From positions 1 through 55,951 of the IMG/VR virus record IMGVR_UViG_3300025828_000030: DNA of 55,951 bases, one strand, 5' to 3'. The DNA is from a virus. Lineage: Duplodnaviria > Caudoviricetes. The notes below the pieces were generated by a model. The model saw nothing but the letters and a program-made list of their open reading frames with translations. It had not been told where the DNA came from and did not search any database. Of this stretch, positions 44,950 to 54,708 are shown piece by piece (position 1 is the first letter of the stretch; each line of letters starts with the position of its first letter). A program made the translations under genes and the position numbers.

Positions 44950-47900
44950 TATCCTTGTCCCTGCCTTGGAGCCAAAGCACCATAAGCACTAAATGCAGCA
45001 CCAAGTCCTGCAGCTGATGGATCTGTTGGTAATCCGTATTGTGAACCAATCTGTGTACTACCTTGTTGATAACCTGGTAACATTGAACCTATTTGACCTA
45101 GGACACCTAATGGTCTTTCTTGCTGTCGTAACATTTGCTGGTATATTCTTGATAAGCCAGTCTCAGCAATACCTCTGCCAACACCACCAAATCCAGCTAG
45201 CTCGCCTCTTTGACCAGCTCTAAGCCCTTCTTGAGTTGAACCTATACCACCTATTTGACTACCATATCCAGCTAGTTGTTGACCTAATTGTGATGCAGCA
45301 CTACCTCTACCTACACCAATGCCCATAAGTCCTTGTGCACCGGTTCTCTTAGCTGCTTGCTGTCTTGCAAACTCACTCATACCTGTGCTTTGTGCTTCAC
45401 TAAATCCTCTTTGTCTAATAGCACCTAATGCTTGTGCTAGGCCTTCACCTAAAGCTTCTTGACGTTCCATAGCACCTAACCTAGCTCTACTACCACCAAA
45501 AGCACCAGCACTTATCTCACGGGCTCTAGAAGCTATATCTTGCTTCTCACCTGCTTCCATGACATCTTGTATAGTTTTGTCTACTACTGCTTGTTCAAAC
45601 GGGTTATAGAACTGCTGTGTCATGCTTGGGTCATAAGCACCCATAGTATCTTTATATATCTCTTCAGCTTGTGTGTAATAAGGATCTTGTAGTTCTTCAG
45701 CACGTCTTGATTGTGCGATAGCTTGTTCTACTAAGTCTCTGTTTTGTTGTAAGAATGGTTCAAAGCCACCAAGACCAGCTACTGCTTGTTGTCTTGCTAA
45801 TAGCTCTAATGGTGTTAAGCCTGCTGTTTGTTGTAATGGTACGTCTTGACCAATAAGGTTAGCACCAGCTTGTTGTAGCTGTTGATAGAATCCTGGTTGA
45901 TCTGCTGTACCAAAGTATAAAGCTCTTACTAATGGATCAGTAAGATTTTCTTGTGATGTTTGACCAAGTAATACAGGATCCAATGCTCCCACAGGCATAG
46001 GTTGGGGTTGAACCTCACCATCCGCTGCAGACGGTGTAGGAGCAGTGGTAACTGGGTCAGTTGTTGGTGCTGGGTTTGCTATAAGACCAGCAGCAGGATT
46101 AGGTGGTGGATTGATGCCTTGGTTACCTCGAAATTGTAAACCTTCAATATTTGTTCTTGGATCTGATATTCCAATTCTGTCAAAATAATCTTTATCAAAA
46201 ACTTCTTGTCCTGTTGTTGCTACAAAATCATCTAATCTAGGATCTGATGGTCTGTCATCAATAAATAGTTGGTCGTCTCTTTTTGGTGGTAATAAGTCTG
46301 CTTTTGTAGGACCTGTTGGTGGAGTAATCATACCACCAGTTACTTGATCAAATCCTCTTTGTGGTGGTACAAAACGGTCAACATCAATACGGTCACGCAA
46401 GCTGCCAGGACCTTTATTTTCTATATTTTTTACAAAATCTGGAGGAGTTACACCTGCTGGACCGATAATTCTTCCATCTGGTCCACGAATCTCTGTTGGT
46501 CTTATGCCTGGACCAAATCCAAAGTCTTGTGGTGGTATTGGTCTTATTGGCACTGGTCCACCAGGAGGTAAAGCTGGACCACCTCTTACTGGTCTTGGAC
46601 CTTGTATCATGCTTTCTGGTTTTGTAACAGATAACACATTTTGTTGATAGCTTTCCATAGCTGCTGGATTTGCATCTAAATATTCTTTAAGACTGTTTCT
46701 ATATCTAATGTCTGTAGAAGATCCTGTTTTTTGTTCTCCTGTAATCGGGTCTATATACATTCTTATATCCATCGTTCCTATTTGTGGACGTTGTGGTGCA
46801 TCAGGAAAAGCAGCTCTAAAAGCATCACCACCAGCTCTTAGCTGGTTGCTGTATTCAGTTCTAGCATTTCTATCTGCTACAACACCTGGATCTTCTGTAA
46901 TTGGTGTTACTTGAGGCAGCCTACCACCACCAATACCTCCTATTGACATAGGTGGTTCGGGTCTTCTTATAGGTAATCTATCCATAGGCTCTATTGGTTG
47001 TGGTTCAGGTAAAGTATAATCGTTTTCAAGTGGTGATGGTTCTGGTTGAGCTGGTGTTTGTAATTCACTTAATCTTTGCTCAAGTTCCTGTAATCTGTTT
47101 TGTAAAACACTTGGATCAAAAGCAGGTATGTTTCTGCTCTCTAACGCAGTCAATCTTTTTTGTAAATTGCTTGGATCAAAAGGATTTGAAGGTTGTGGGA
47201 TATCTATACCACCTCTTATATCCTCTATAAGTTTCTGCCTATCAAATGCAGGGGGTGTTGGTAATTCACTTCTTATATCACGTAATAAAGACTCTCTATC
47301 AAACTCTGGTATCTTGATACCGCCTCTTATATCTTCTATAAGTTTTTCCCTATCAAAAGAAGGAGGTTTTGGTATATCAATACCGCTTCTTATATCTTTT
47401 ATTAGAGCATCTCTGTCAAACCTAGGTATGTCTATACCACTACGTATGTCTTTAATTAAAGCTTCTCTATCTATAGAAGGAGGTTTTGGTATGTCTATAC
47501 CAGACCTAATATCTTCAATAAGTGCATCTCTATCAAAAACGGGAGGCTTAGGCGATACATCTATGCTTCCTCGCATTTTATCTAAAATCTCTTTTTCAAA
47601 AGCTTCTTTGTCAAAAGTTGGTATATCTTCTTTTCTTGCAAACCCACTTAAATCAGGAGCTTTATACTCAGGCATTTGTATACCTTCTCTAGCTATAGAT
47701 AAAAAGTCTTCTCTAAAGTCTCTTGGATCAAATTTAGGTAGATCACCAGCAGTTAAAAACTTGCTTGTATCTATTTGTGGTAAATCTTCTAATCGTGCAA
47801 AACCAGATAAGTCTGGAGCTTTGTATTCAGGTATATTAAGGTTGTCCAATCTATCTCTTAAACCAGCAATTCCAGATTGTAAGTTAGACGGATCAAATGT

Positions 47901-49208
47901 AGGTATTTCTCTACCCTCAAGTGCTTGTAACCTATCTCTAAGAGCTGAATCATCAAATTGTGGAATATTGCCCAATAGATCTCTGTTTGCTTGTATCTGT
48001 TGTTGTAACTGTGAAGGATCAAATTGTGGAATGTTTGCTAATCTATCTTCTAAACCTGCAATACCAGCTTGTAGTTGTGAAGGATCAAAAGTTGGTATTT
48101 CTCTTCCCTCTAATGCTTTTAATCTATTTTGCAATGACGTGTCATCAAATGTAGGTATTTCTCTACCTTCTAAAGACGCAAGTCTTTCTCTTAAAGCAGA
48201 GTCGTCAAACTGTGGTATGTTGCCTAATAAATCTTTATTAGCTTGTATTTGTTGCTGTAAACCAGAAGGATCAAACTGCGGAATATTTGCGAGTCTTTCC
48301 TCTATGCCACCAATCTGTGATTGTAAGTTGCTTGGATCAAACTGAGGTATATTAGATATACGATCACTTAAGCCAGCAATACCGGCTTGTAATTCTGACG
48401 GATCAAATTGTGGAATGTTGCTTAATAATTGTTTATTAGCTTGTATTTGCTCTTGCAAACCACTTGGGTCGAACTGAGGTATGTTACTAAGCAAATCTTT
48501 GTTAGCTTGTATTTGTGATTGTAATCCGCTTGGGTCAAATTGAGGTATTTCTCTACCTTCTAAAGACGCAAGTCTTTCTCTTAAAGCTGAATCATCAAAC
48601 TGTGGTATGTTGCCTAATAAGTTTCTATTAGCCTCAATTTGAGATTGTAAATTACTAGGATCAAACGTAGGCATTTCTCTTCCTTCAAGAGCTGATAATC
48701 TATCTCTCAATGCAGAGTCATCATATCCAGGTATGTTACCAATGCTTCTATTTAATTCATCAAACCCAGTTGTATATCTGTCCTCAATGGCACCAATTCT
48801 ATCTTGCAATGCTCTGTCATCATACTGAGGTATATTGGAAATACGTTCACTTAAACCAGAAATACCAGCTTGTAATTGTGATGGATCAAAAGTAGGAATC
48901 TCTTTATTCTCAAGAGCTGATAATCTATCTCTTAATGCTGTATCGTCAAAACTTGGTAGGTTAGATATTCTATCTTCTAAACCGCCAATCTGAGATTGTA
49001 AATTGCTTGGGTCAAAACTTGGTATGTTAGATAATAAATTTTTGTTTGCATCTATTTGTGCTTGAAGACCTGATGGATCAAAAGTTTGACCACCGCCAAC
49101 ACCACCTATAGACATTTGATCTCTGCCTGTTTGTTTTACTGGCATGTAGCCTACTGGAGTCAATCTCATTAACTGACCATTAATGATTTTTGTATCTCCG
49201 TATTGCAT
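44949..49208 (-). CDS. Repeat-expanded internal virion / DNA-transfer (pilot-like) protein
   Basis: 1419 aa; tandem FDPS/FDDS and FDR repeats; Pro-rich linker; C-terminal YNPF..AGAFGGSRA domain. Confidence 0.7.
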   Translation of the reverse strand: MQYGDTKIINGQLMRLTPVGYMPVKQTGRDQMSIGGVGGGQTFDPSGLQAQIDANKNLLSNIPSFDPSNLQSQIGGLEDRISNLPSFDDTALRDRLSALENKEIPTFDPSQLQAGISGLSERISNIPQYDDRALQDRIGAIEDRYTTGFDELNRSIGNIPGYDDSALRDRLSALEGREMPTFDPSNLQSQIEANRNLLGNIPQFDDSALRERLASLEGREIPQFDPSGLQSQIQANKDLLSNIPQFDPSGLQEQIQANKQLLSNIPQFDPSELQAGIAGLSDRISNIPQFDPSNLQSQIGGIEERLANIPQFDPSGLQQQIQANKDLLGNIPQFDDSALRERLASLEGREIPTFDDTSLQNRLKALEGREIPTFDPSQLQAGIAGLEDRLANIPQFDPSQLQQQIQANRDLLGNIPQFDDSALRDRLQALEGREIPTFDPSNLQSGIAGLRDRLDNLNIPEYKAPDLSGFARLEDLPQIDTSKFLTAGDLPKFDPRDFREDFLSIAREGIQMPEYKAPDLSGFARKEDIPTFDKEAFEKEILDKMRGSIDVSPKPPVFDRDALIEDIRSGIDIPKPPSIDREALIKDIRSGIDIPRFDRDALIKDIRSGIDIPKPPSFDREKLIEDIRGGIKIPEFDRESLLRDIRSELPTPPAFDRQKLIEDIRGGIDIPQPSNPFDPSNLQKRLTALESRNIPAFDPSVLQNRLQELEQRLSELQTPAQPEPSPLENDYTLPEPQPIEPMDRLPIRRPEPPMSIGGIGGGRLPQVTPITEDPGVVADRNARTEYSNQLRAGGDAFRAAFPDAPQRPQIGTMDIRMYIDPITGEQKTGSSTDIRYRNSLKEYLDANPAAMESYQQNVLSVTKPESMIQGPRPVRGGPALPPGGPVPIRPIPPQDFGFGPGIRPTEIRGPDGRIIGPAGVTPPDFVKNIENKGPGSLRDRIDVDRFVPPQRGFDQVTGGMITPPTGPTKADLLPPKRDDQLFIDDRPSDPRLDDFVATTGQEVFDKDYFDRIGISDPRTNIEGLQFRGNQGINPPPNPAAGLIANPAPTTDPVTTAPTPSAADGEVQPQPMPVGALDPVLLGQTSQENLTDPLVRALYFGTADQPGFYQQLQQAGANLIGQDVPLQQTAGLTPLELLARQQAVAGLGGFEPFLQQNRDLVEQAIAQSRRAEELQDPYYTQAEEIYKDTMGAYDPSMTQQFYNPFEQAVVDKTIQDVMEAGEKQDIASRAREISAGAFGGSRARLGAMERQEALGEGLAQALGAIRQRGFSEAQSTGMSEFARQQAAKRTGAQGLMGIGVGRGSAASQLGQQLAGYGSQIGGIGSTQEGLRAGQRGELAGFGGVGRGIAETGLSRIYQQMLRQQERPLGVLGQIGSMLPGYQQGSTQIGSQYGLPTDPSAAGLGAAFSAYGALAPRQGQG
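47060..49085 (-). repeat. Intragenic tandem repeat array (mostly 54-66-nt units)
   Basis: About 21 [FY]D[PD]SxL..IP units and 6-7 FDRxxLIxDIRxGIDIP units; 45-nt exact match between 48153-48197 and 48543-48587. Confidence 0.9.
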
Positions 49209-50512
49209 TAGGCTTGCCCTATCTTATTAAACTGCTCAAAAGTTTTCATAAGTTTATCCATGTTCTGAGCACCTTTTTGTCTGTCAGGTTTACCATTTGG
49301 TATAAGTTCTATGCCAGTTTCTGTTTTTGTTACTTTGAACCCACCTAAACCATTGTTTGCAGCAGATGTCATAACAAACTCACCATCGCTTAACATAGCA
49401 GGTATATCATCACTTGTGCCTGTTCCAGGACCAATGCTAGGACCACCACCACGCATATCTAACTCGTTAGCCATTGCAGATCTACCCATAGCAAATCTAG
49501 GTCGTTCTTGTAATCCACCCATAGCTGCTTGTTTTCTAATACCTAAGTCAAAGCCTGTAAACGTAGGAGCTGGCATTAGATCTGGTCTAACAGACTGTCT
49601 AATATCTCTCATGCCACCTTCTCTGTCTTTGTAGGATTCTTTAACTGCTTTACCATAAAGTCCTGCTAATCCCATGAGTGGCAACATACCGCCTAACCCA
49701 CCTCCGCTAGATTGACCTCCAAAAAAACTACCAAAAGGTGATCCCATTCCAGCATTAGCCATTTGTGTTAACTGTGCATATGCTTGTGGGTTTGCTGCAA
49801 TTTGTGCAGGTGTCATACTTGCCAATGCTTGTTGTGCTTGTTGGGCTGTTTGAGATGCAGTTATTTGTCCTGGTGTTCCACTGCCAAAACCAAATCTATT
49901 AGCTAAACCTTTTCCAGCAGCAGGTCCGCCTGCATAAGTAGATCCAGTTTTTCCAAACATACCACCAGCCAAAGGATTAGTTAATCCGCCCATAATCCCA
50001 CCAAAACCACCTGCTGTGCCACCTGCTATAGATGAAATACCAGGTATGCCAAGACCAGCAAGACCACTTGCTGCACTAGAAGCTAAACCACCTATACCGC
50101 TTGCAACACCACCTAAACCTGGTATTTTGCTTAAACCACTAACAACTCCTCCACCAAGCCCTCCAAGAACTCCACCTAAAGCTGTACCAACTCCAGGTAT
50201 AAATGCAGCAACTGGAGCTACTTTTTTAACTACTTTACCAATAGACTTAAATGTTTTCTTTAACCAACCAAACTCAGCCATACCCGTAATAGGGTTGATA
50301 GACATACCATCACCAACAGTATATTCGTTAGGATCAAGCCCTACTGCCATCATTTCTTTTTTAATTATTTCTTGCGTTTGTGGAGAGATAACTGGTGGGA
50401 CTACCATTTCTCCTGGTGCTACGTGGGCAAGCATAGTATCCTCTCCTCTTCCTAAACCTGCTATACCTTTACCTGAGTTGTCTATTCTATTCATGCTCAA
50501 ATCATTCCTCAT
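49208..50512 (-). CDS. Gly-rich internal virion protein
   Basis: GRGEDTMLAHVAPGE, INPITGMAEF, GPGTGTSDDIPAMLSDGEFV. Confidence 0.7.
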   Translation of the reverse strand: MRNDLSMNRIDNSGKGIAGLGRGEDTMLAHVAPGEMVVPPVISPQTQEIIKKEMMAVGLDPNEYTVGDGMSINPITGMAEFGWLKKTFKSIGKVVKKVAPVAAFIPGVGTALGGVLGGLGGGVVSGLSKIPGLGGVASGIGGLASSAASGLAGLGIPGISSIAGGTAGGFGGIMGGLTNPLAGGMFGKTGSTYAGGPAAGKGLANRFGFGSGTPGQITASQTAQQAQQALASMTPAQIAANPQAYAQLTQMANAGMGSPFGSFFGGQSSGGGLGGMLPLMGLAGLYGKAVKESYKDREGGMRDIRQSVRPDLMPAPTFTGFDLGIRKQAAMGGLQERPRFAMGRSAMANELDMRGGGPSIGPGTGTSDDIPAMLSDGEFVMTSAANNGLGGFKVTKTETGIELIPNGKPDRQKGAQNMDKLMKTFEQFNKIGQA

Positions 50513-51209
50513 TACATTTTAACCAAAATACCAATAAGTATCTATCTCCTGATTCTACTGCAAGTCCCCTATGCATGTGAGTAAAACTCGGAAAAATTAG
50601 AGCGTGGCCTGTAGGTAATGGCTCAACTGTACCACGTTTTAAAAATTCAGTTCCGCCACCTTTGTACTTTCCAGTATTCAAAGGAACTACCATACTAATA
50701 TCAGCACTGACATCATGATGCCAAGCACCTTGTTTTTTATCCTTTAAATTATAGTTGGCTATTTGTATTGCACCTGTATCTACGTGCCTATTCCAAATAT
50801 TCAAAAATATAGGATTACCTATAGTATATATCGTTTGCATCAAAGATTGGTAGATTTGTGGGCAATTATCTTGAAAAGTTATTTCTGGTATTTGCCGTAA
50901 ATCATCCTCTTCTGGGTTAGGTTTAAAGCCATAATGTGCTTCTAAATTCTTCATTTCGTCTAATAATATTTTGCAAAACTTCTCTGAAAAGAAAGGAACG
51001 GTGTACACATCTTTTAATGGTTCTTTTATGATTTTGTCTAGTTTTGTTTTTTCTCTATTGACAGTTCCACTTTGTTCATAAAAATCTACGATTGGCTTGA
51101 TGGAGTCCTTTACAGCATTAAATGTATCTTTTTGTATGTACCAATCACTAGGATAGGCTAGTAGAATATTTTTTAGTTCGTATCCAAGTTGTTCTGCTGT
51201 ATTTATCAT
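50502..51209 (-). CDS. 2OG-Fe(II) oxygenase (lysyl/prolyl-hydroxylase-like)
   Basis: HxD (WHHD), YKGGGTEF, distal H and R in HMHRGLAVESGDRY; DVYTVPFFSEKFC resembles the PLOD catalytic domain. Confidence 0.85.
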   Translation of the reverse strand: MINTAEQLGYELKNILLAYPSDWYIQKDTFNAVKDSIKPIVDFYEQSGTVNREKTKLDKIIKEPLKDVYTVPFFSEKFCKILLDEMKNLEAHYGFKPNPEEDDLRQIPEITFQDNCPQIYQSLMQTIYTIGNPIFLNIWNRHVDTGAIQIANYNLKDKKQGAWHHDVSADISMVVPLNTGKYKGGGTEFLKRGTVEPLPTGHALIFPSFTHMHRGLAVESGDRYLLVFWLKCNEE

Positions 51210-51532
51210 AAAGTAATGGTTGTACTGCCTGCTATATTAATAGTAACCTTGCCAACACTTGATGTCATTTCAAAACCTTGTGATAGCGTTCTTTCGCCAA
51301 TATCTAACCATTTGTTTCCAGTATAAACTTGTAAAACGCCTACAGTGGTATTCCAAATGATACTACCATCATTAAACTTCAACGTATTTTTTTCAGGATC
51401 ACTTATCTGTCTTACGTTATCTAGATCTACTGCACCTAGATTAATCTCAAGTATTCTTACTAATCTGTTAAAAATATCAGATGTAACTTGCTCAGATGCG
51501 AGTGGTAGTTGAGTTTGTAAGAGTTTGCTCAT
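51206..51532 (-). CDS. Small tail-associated protein
   Basis: GSIIWNTTVGVLQVYTGNKW motif; follows the nozzle gene. Confidence 0.6.
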   Translation of the reverse strand: MSKLLQTQLPLASEQVTSDIFNRLVRILEINLGAVDLDNVRQISDPEKNTLKFNDGSIIWNTTVGVLQVYTGNKWLDIGERTLSQGFEMTSSVGKVTINIAGSTTITL

Positions 51533-53397
51533 CTTCTACCATCAGGTTTTATATCTATGCGTGTTGCTCCTAATCTCCAACCAATACCAAGATTACCATC
51601 ATCAGTAGCATCATCGTTTGATTCAAATCTAAGTGCTATTTGTCTTGATCTGCTTCTTACATAAGCTTGTTGGGTGTTTGCACTTATTGCACTGGTTGAA
51701 TTGGTTGTAAGAGAATCGCCTGGGAAGTTTCTAGTTTTTAAAACTATATTTACATTACCTTGATTATCATCTTTTATAAATTTGTAATCAGGTATGATTC
51801 GTTTGATAAAGCTGAATTGTTCACCATCTCCAATATCCATGTCAGAACTTTCTATAAAGACGTTGGTCATTGGAGCACCATCAGCATCAAACCCTGTTTC
51901 TTGTCTATATAAATATCCATTATCAACAGCTCTTGGATAATTTACGATACCTGAATCAAGCCATGCTGTTCTTGATAGTTGGCCATAAAACCAAACTTGT
52001 TCTACATAGTTATATATGACATATCTATCTATCTCATCTGAGTCAGAAGAACAGTAAAACCAACCTACCTCGCTTTTATCTTTTATTGTAAAAGCATGAA
52101 TTTTAAATGATTGAATAAGGTTTATATCACCAAAAACATAATTATGGACAGAACATGGTAATGTTTGTACGCTACCATTATATGAATAAAAGTTGTTATA
52201 ACTCATCCAATAAACTCCACCAGGAGTCGTAACTGCTGCTTTTGGACCCACCAATCCAGTACCTTCATTTATTAGGTTTACACCAAAAGTAAAAGGCGGT
52301 CCTATAAACTGCATACTATATAAGGCTGTGTCAGTCCAAACTAATATTTCTTGTCTTGCTTTTACACCACCAATAATAGAAGAACCAGATGAAAGTCTAA
52401 GAGATCCTGCTGTATTAGTAGATAATGGTTCAAAATCTAAATCATTCTCTTGATCACTAAATGCAATGAGCATAGGATCAATCGCACCGGTTCTTGATGA
52501 ACCAGATATAGGATCAGCTCCTAAAACTATCAAGTGCCTATCTTTTTCTGAAGTAATTACTTGTAAACCTTTAGTTGGTACTAAATTTGCACCAGCAATA
52601 CTTGAAAGTTCTACAGCTCTTGTTGACAAACCATTGTTTTCAGTCCATTTGTAAATACCTGCATTCCTTTGGTTCATTATCAAATCTTCTCCAAAGTTGT
52701 CGTGTGTCCACAATCTAAGCTGGTTAGTGTCACTCAAAGCTGCTGTGCTACCAAAAGCACCTTGTCCCCATCCGTTTACACCCCAACCTGTACTAGGAAT
52801 ATAAACATCTAGACCTACATTTACTTGATAAGTACCTACTATAGAAGATCCTCCATTACCAGTGTCTGAAGAGTTAGCTGTTACAGTAGTGCCAGAGGTA
52901 TCTTTAGCTTCTATGGTGTAGCTATTTACGTTAACGATGGTTGTAATTTGGTATTCTTGATTTAAAACATCTGCTGTAATATTGCCACCTAAACTAACAG
53001 CACCTGAAAAAGTAACAAAATCATTTTTTACAGCTCCGTGTGCTGTGTCTGAAACAGTTATTGTAGCGTCACCATTTGACGCAGAGAATGTGACATCACC
53101 TGCTGCTGTAGTTGATCTTATAGGGGTAACATCATTAAAGGTACCACCAGATTCAATATAATATTTCCAAGTAGTTCCCAACCCTAAAAACTTTGTGCTT
53201 CCTAAAGAAATCCATGGATGTAAAGATCTAGTTGTACCTAGATAAGTATTAGAGGTAAGTTTTTGCCAACCTCCAAACTTTTCTGGTCTGCCTTTACGAA
53301 AACGCACCAGATTACAGTCAAACCAACCGCCTTCATTATCGTAAGCAGTTCCTTCTCTATTTATACCTGGCCTAAATGTAAGCTTCTGCAACGGCAT
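51529..53397 (-). CDS. Tail nozzle / stabilisation protein
   Basis: 622 aa; PGINREGT..WFDCNLVRFR.GRPEKFGGW, FSDQE, WTDTALYSM; beta-propeller-like. Confidence 0.75.
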   Translation of the reverse strand: MPLQKLTFRPGINREGTAYDNEGGWFDCNLVRFRKGRPEKFGGWQKLTSNTYLGTTRSLHPWISLGSTKFLGLGTTWKYYIESGGTFNDVTPIRSTTAAGDVTFSASNGDATITVSDTAHGAVKNDFVTFSGAVSLGGNITADVLNQEYQITTIVNVNSYTIEAKDTSGTTVTANSSDTGNGGSSIVGTYQVNVGLDVYIPSTGWGVNGWGQGAFGSTAALSDTNQLRLWTHDNFGEDLIMNQRNAGIYKWTENNGLSTRAVELSSIAGANLVPTKGLQVITSEKDRHLIVLGADPISGSSRTGAIDPMLIAFSDQENDLDFEPLSTNTAGSLRLSSGSSIIGGVKARQEILVWTDTALYSMQFIGPPFTFGVNLINEGTGLVGPKAAVTTPGGVYWMSYNNFYSYNGSVQTLPCSVHNYVFGDINLIQSFKIHAFTIKDKSEVGWFYCSSDSDEIDRYVIYNYVEQVWFYGQLSRTAWLDSGIVNYPRAVDNGYLYRQETGFDADGAPMTNVFIESSDMDIGDGEQFSFIKRIIPDYKFIKDDNQGNVNIVLKTRNFPGDSLTTNSTSAISANTQQAYVRSRSRQIALRFESNDDATDDGNLGIGWRLGATRIDIKPDGRR

Positions 53398-53399
53398 GG

Positions 53400-53843
53400 T
53401 TATACCTCATGCCATTCTTTGTTTTCAAATAACAAAGATTCTGCTTCTCTTCTCCTTATTAAACCCTGCAAAACTTTTCCACCAGCTTTGTTCCACCTTT
53501 TAATTTGTGCAGGGACACCTTCATAATCTTTTGCATTAAGCACTTTAAGTAAAGTTGATGCTTTTAAATTTGCAGGTCCTAAGTTAAATACCCAGGAAAC
53601 AAGTGCATCAAACTGATTTTGTTCTAAATCTACTTCTACTAAATCATTAATATAGCCCTCATACTCTTTCATTTCGTGTAAGAGTAAATTATCAGCTTCT
53701 TCTTGTGTGATTGTGTCACCTTCTTTTACACCTTTAGTAGAACCATATCCTATAGTCCATACTCCTGCTGCACATTTGTAAGCTTCTAGCTCACAGCCCT
53801 CAAACTTTTTAATTAAAGCCAAACCTTCTTGTGATATATTCAT
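53400..53843 (-). CDS. Endolysin, GH24 lysozyme
   Basis: LIKKFEG..AYKC..VWTIGYG, QFDALVSWVFNLG, GLIRRREAE; start at MNISQEG after GAGGAG preferred to the ORF-track start (53906). Confidence 0.93.
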   Translation of the reverse strand: MNISQEGLALIKKFEGCELEAYKCAAGVWTIGYGSTKGVKEGDTITQEEADNLLLHEMKEYEGYINDLVEVDLEQNQFDALVSWVFNLGPANLKASTLLKVLNAKDYEGVPAQIKRWNKAGGKVLQGLIRRREAESLLFENKEWHEV

Positions 53844-53844
53844 A

Positions 53845-54216
53845 TTACTGCTCCTCTGTGGTTGTAGTAACCTTTTTATAATAGACAACAACTTCTTTAA
53901 GTTCATTTATATACCTTTTTAATTCTTGCATATTATACGCCATAAGCTCATAATCGGGCACAGACATAGCTAAGAATACCACTTGACCGTGTTCTTTCTC
54001 AACTCTTGCTAAAAATTCATCTAGATTTTTGTCTGAAACGACATACCAATAAGGATCTTTTAAATCTATCTCTCTTGGCATTATGGGTTGCACAATGGTT
54101 CTTTCTAGTGGCTTTGCTGTTACTTCTATCTGTTTAGTTGGTAGCAGACTGCAACTGCAAGCCATTATCAAGACTGTCGATATTACGGCTGTCTTCTTCA
54201 ATACTATCGAATACAT
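53845..54216 (-). CDS. o-spanin (Rz1-like lipoprotein)
   Basis: Lipobox LIMACSC; overlaps the 3' end of the i-spanin gene. Confidence 0.7.
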   Translation of the reverse strand: MYSIVLKKTAVISTVLIMACSCSLLPTKQIEVTAKPLERTIVQPIMPREIDLKDPYWYVVSDKNLDEFLARVEKEHGQVVFLAMSVPDYELMAYNMQELKRYINELKEVVVYYKKVTTTTEEQ

Positions 54217-54529
54217 CTTTAGTTCCTTTATTTACCCTAGGTTCTATTAAACCAGGTTTAGCTGCTGCTAACTTAGTTAAATTATGTCTTTTGAATATAT
54301 CAAGGTATCTTGACATTTCTTGTTGTATTTCTTGATTTTTGTTTTGTAATTCTAAAAGACTTGTTGTTTGTAGTTGAAAATCGTTTTGTAAACTTTGTAT
54401 TGCTTCTTCTTGCGTAGCTACAGCACCTTCTAATGCCATGTTATTAGCTGTAAGTGTTTTATTTTGGTTATATAAATAAAAAGTTATAAGAGACATAACT
54501 AAGATTATGCCAATTAAAACTTTGCTCAT
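54134..54529 (-). CDS. i-spanin (Rz-like)
   Basis: N-terminal TM plus coiled coil; LAAAKPGLIE. Confidence 0.75.
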   Translation of the reverse strand: MSKVLIGIILVMSLITFYLYNQNKTLTANNMALEGAVATQEEAIQSLQNDFQLQTTSLLELQNKNQEIQQEMSRYLDIFKRHNLTKLAAAKPGLIEPRVNKGTKDVFDSIEEDSRNIDSLDNGLQLQSATN

Positions 54530-54708
54530 ACGAATCTAGATAAGACTACAGATAGCAGAATAAATGGATATACAGCCCATATCATGTTTTCAAGCTTATC
54601 AAAGCGTTTTGAACCATCATCTAACCTTTTTTCTATATTAGCGTATCTAATACTGCACTCTCTTTCATGTGCTTCGATTTTTGTTATTGCTTCCTTAGTT
54701 GTTGCCAT
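54526..54708 (-). CDS. Small coiled-coil/C-terminal TM protein (XhlA/holin-like)
   Basis: HERECSIRY..RFDKLENMIW followed by a TM segment. Confidence 0.6.
   Translation of the reverse strand: MATTKEAITKIEAHERECSIRYANIEKRLDDGSKRFDKLENMIWAVYPFILLSVVLSRFV

Noticed and set aside
47128-48345. 405-aa plus-strand ORF
   Set aside because: Antisense shadow of the repeat array in the 1419-aa gene; no RBS or recognisable domain.
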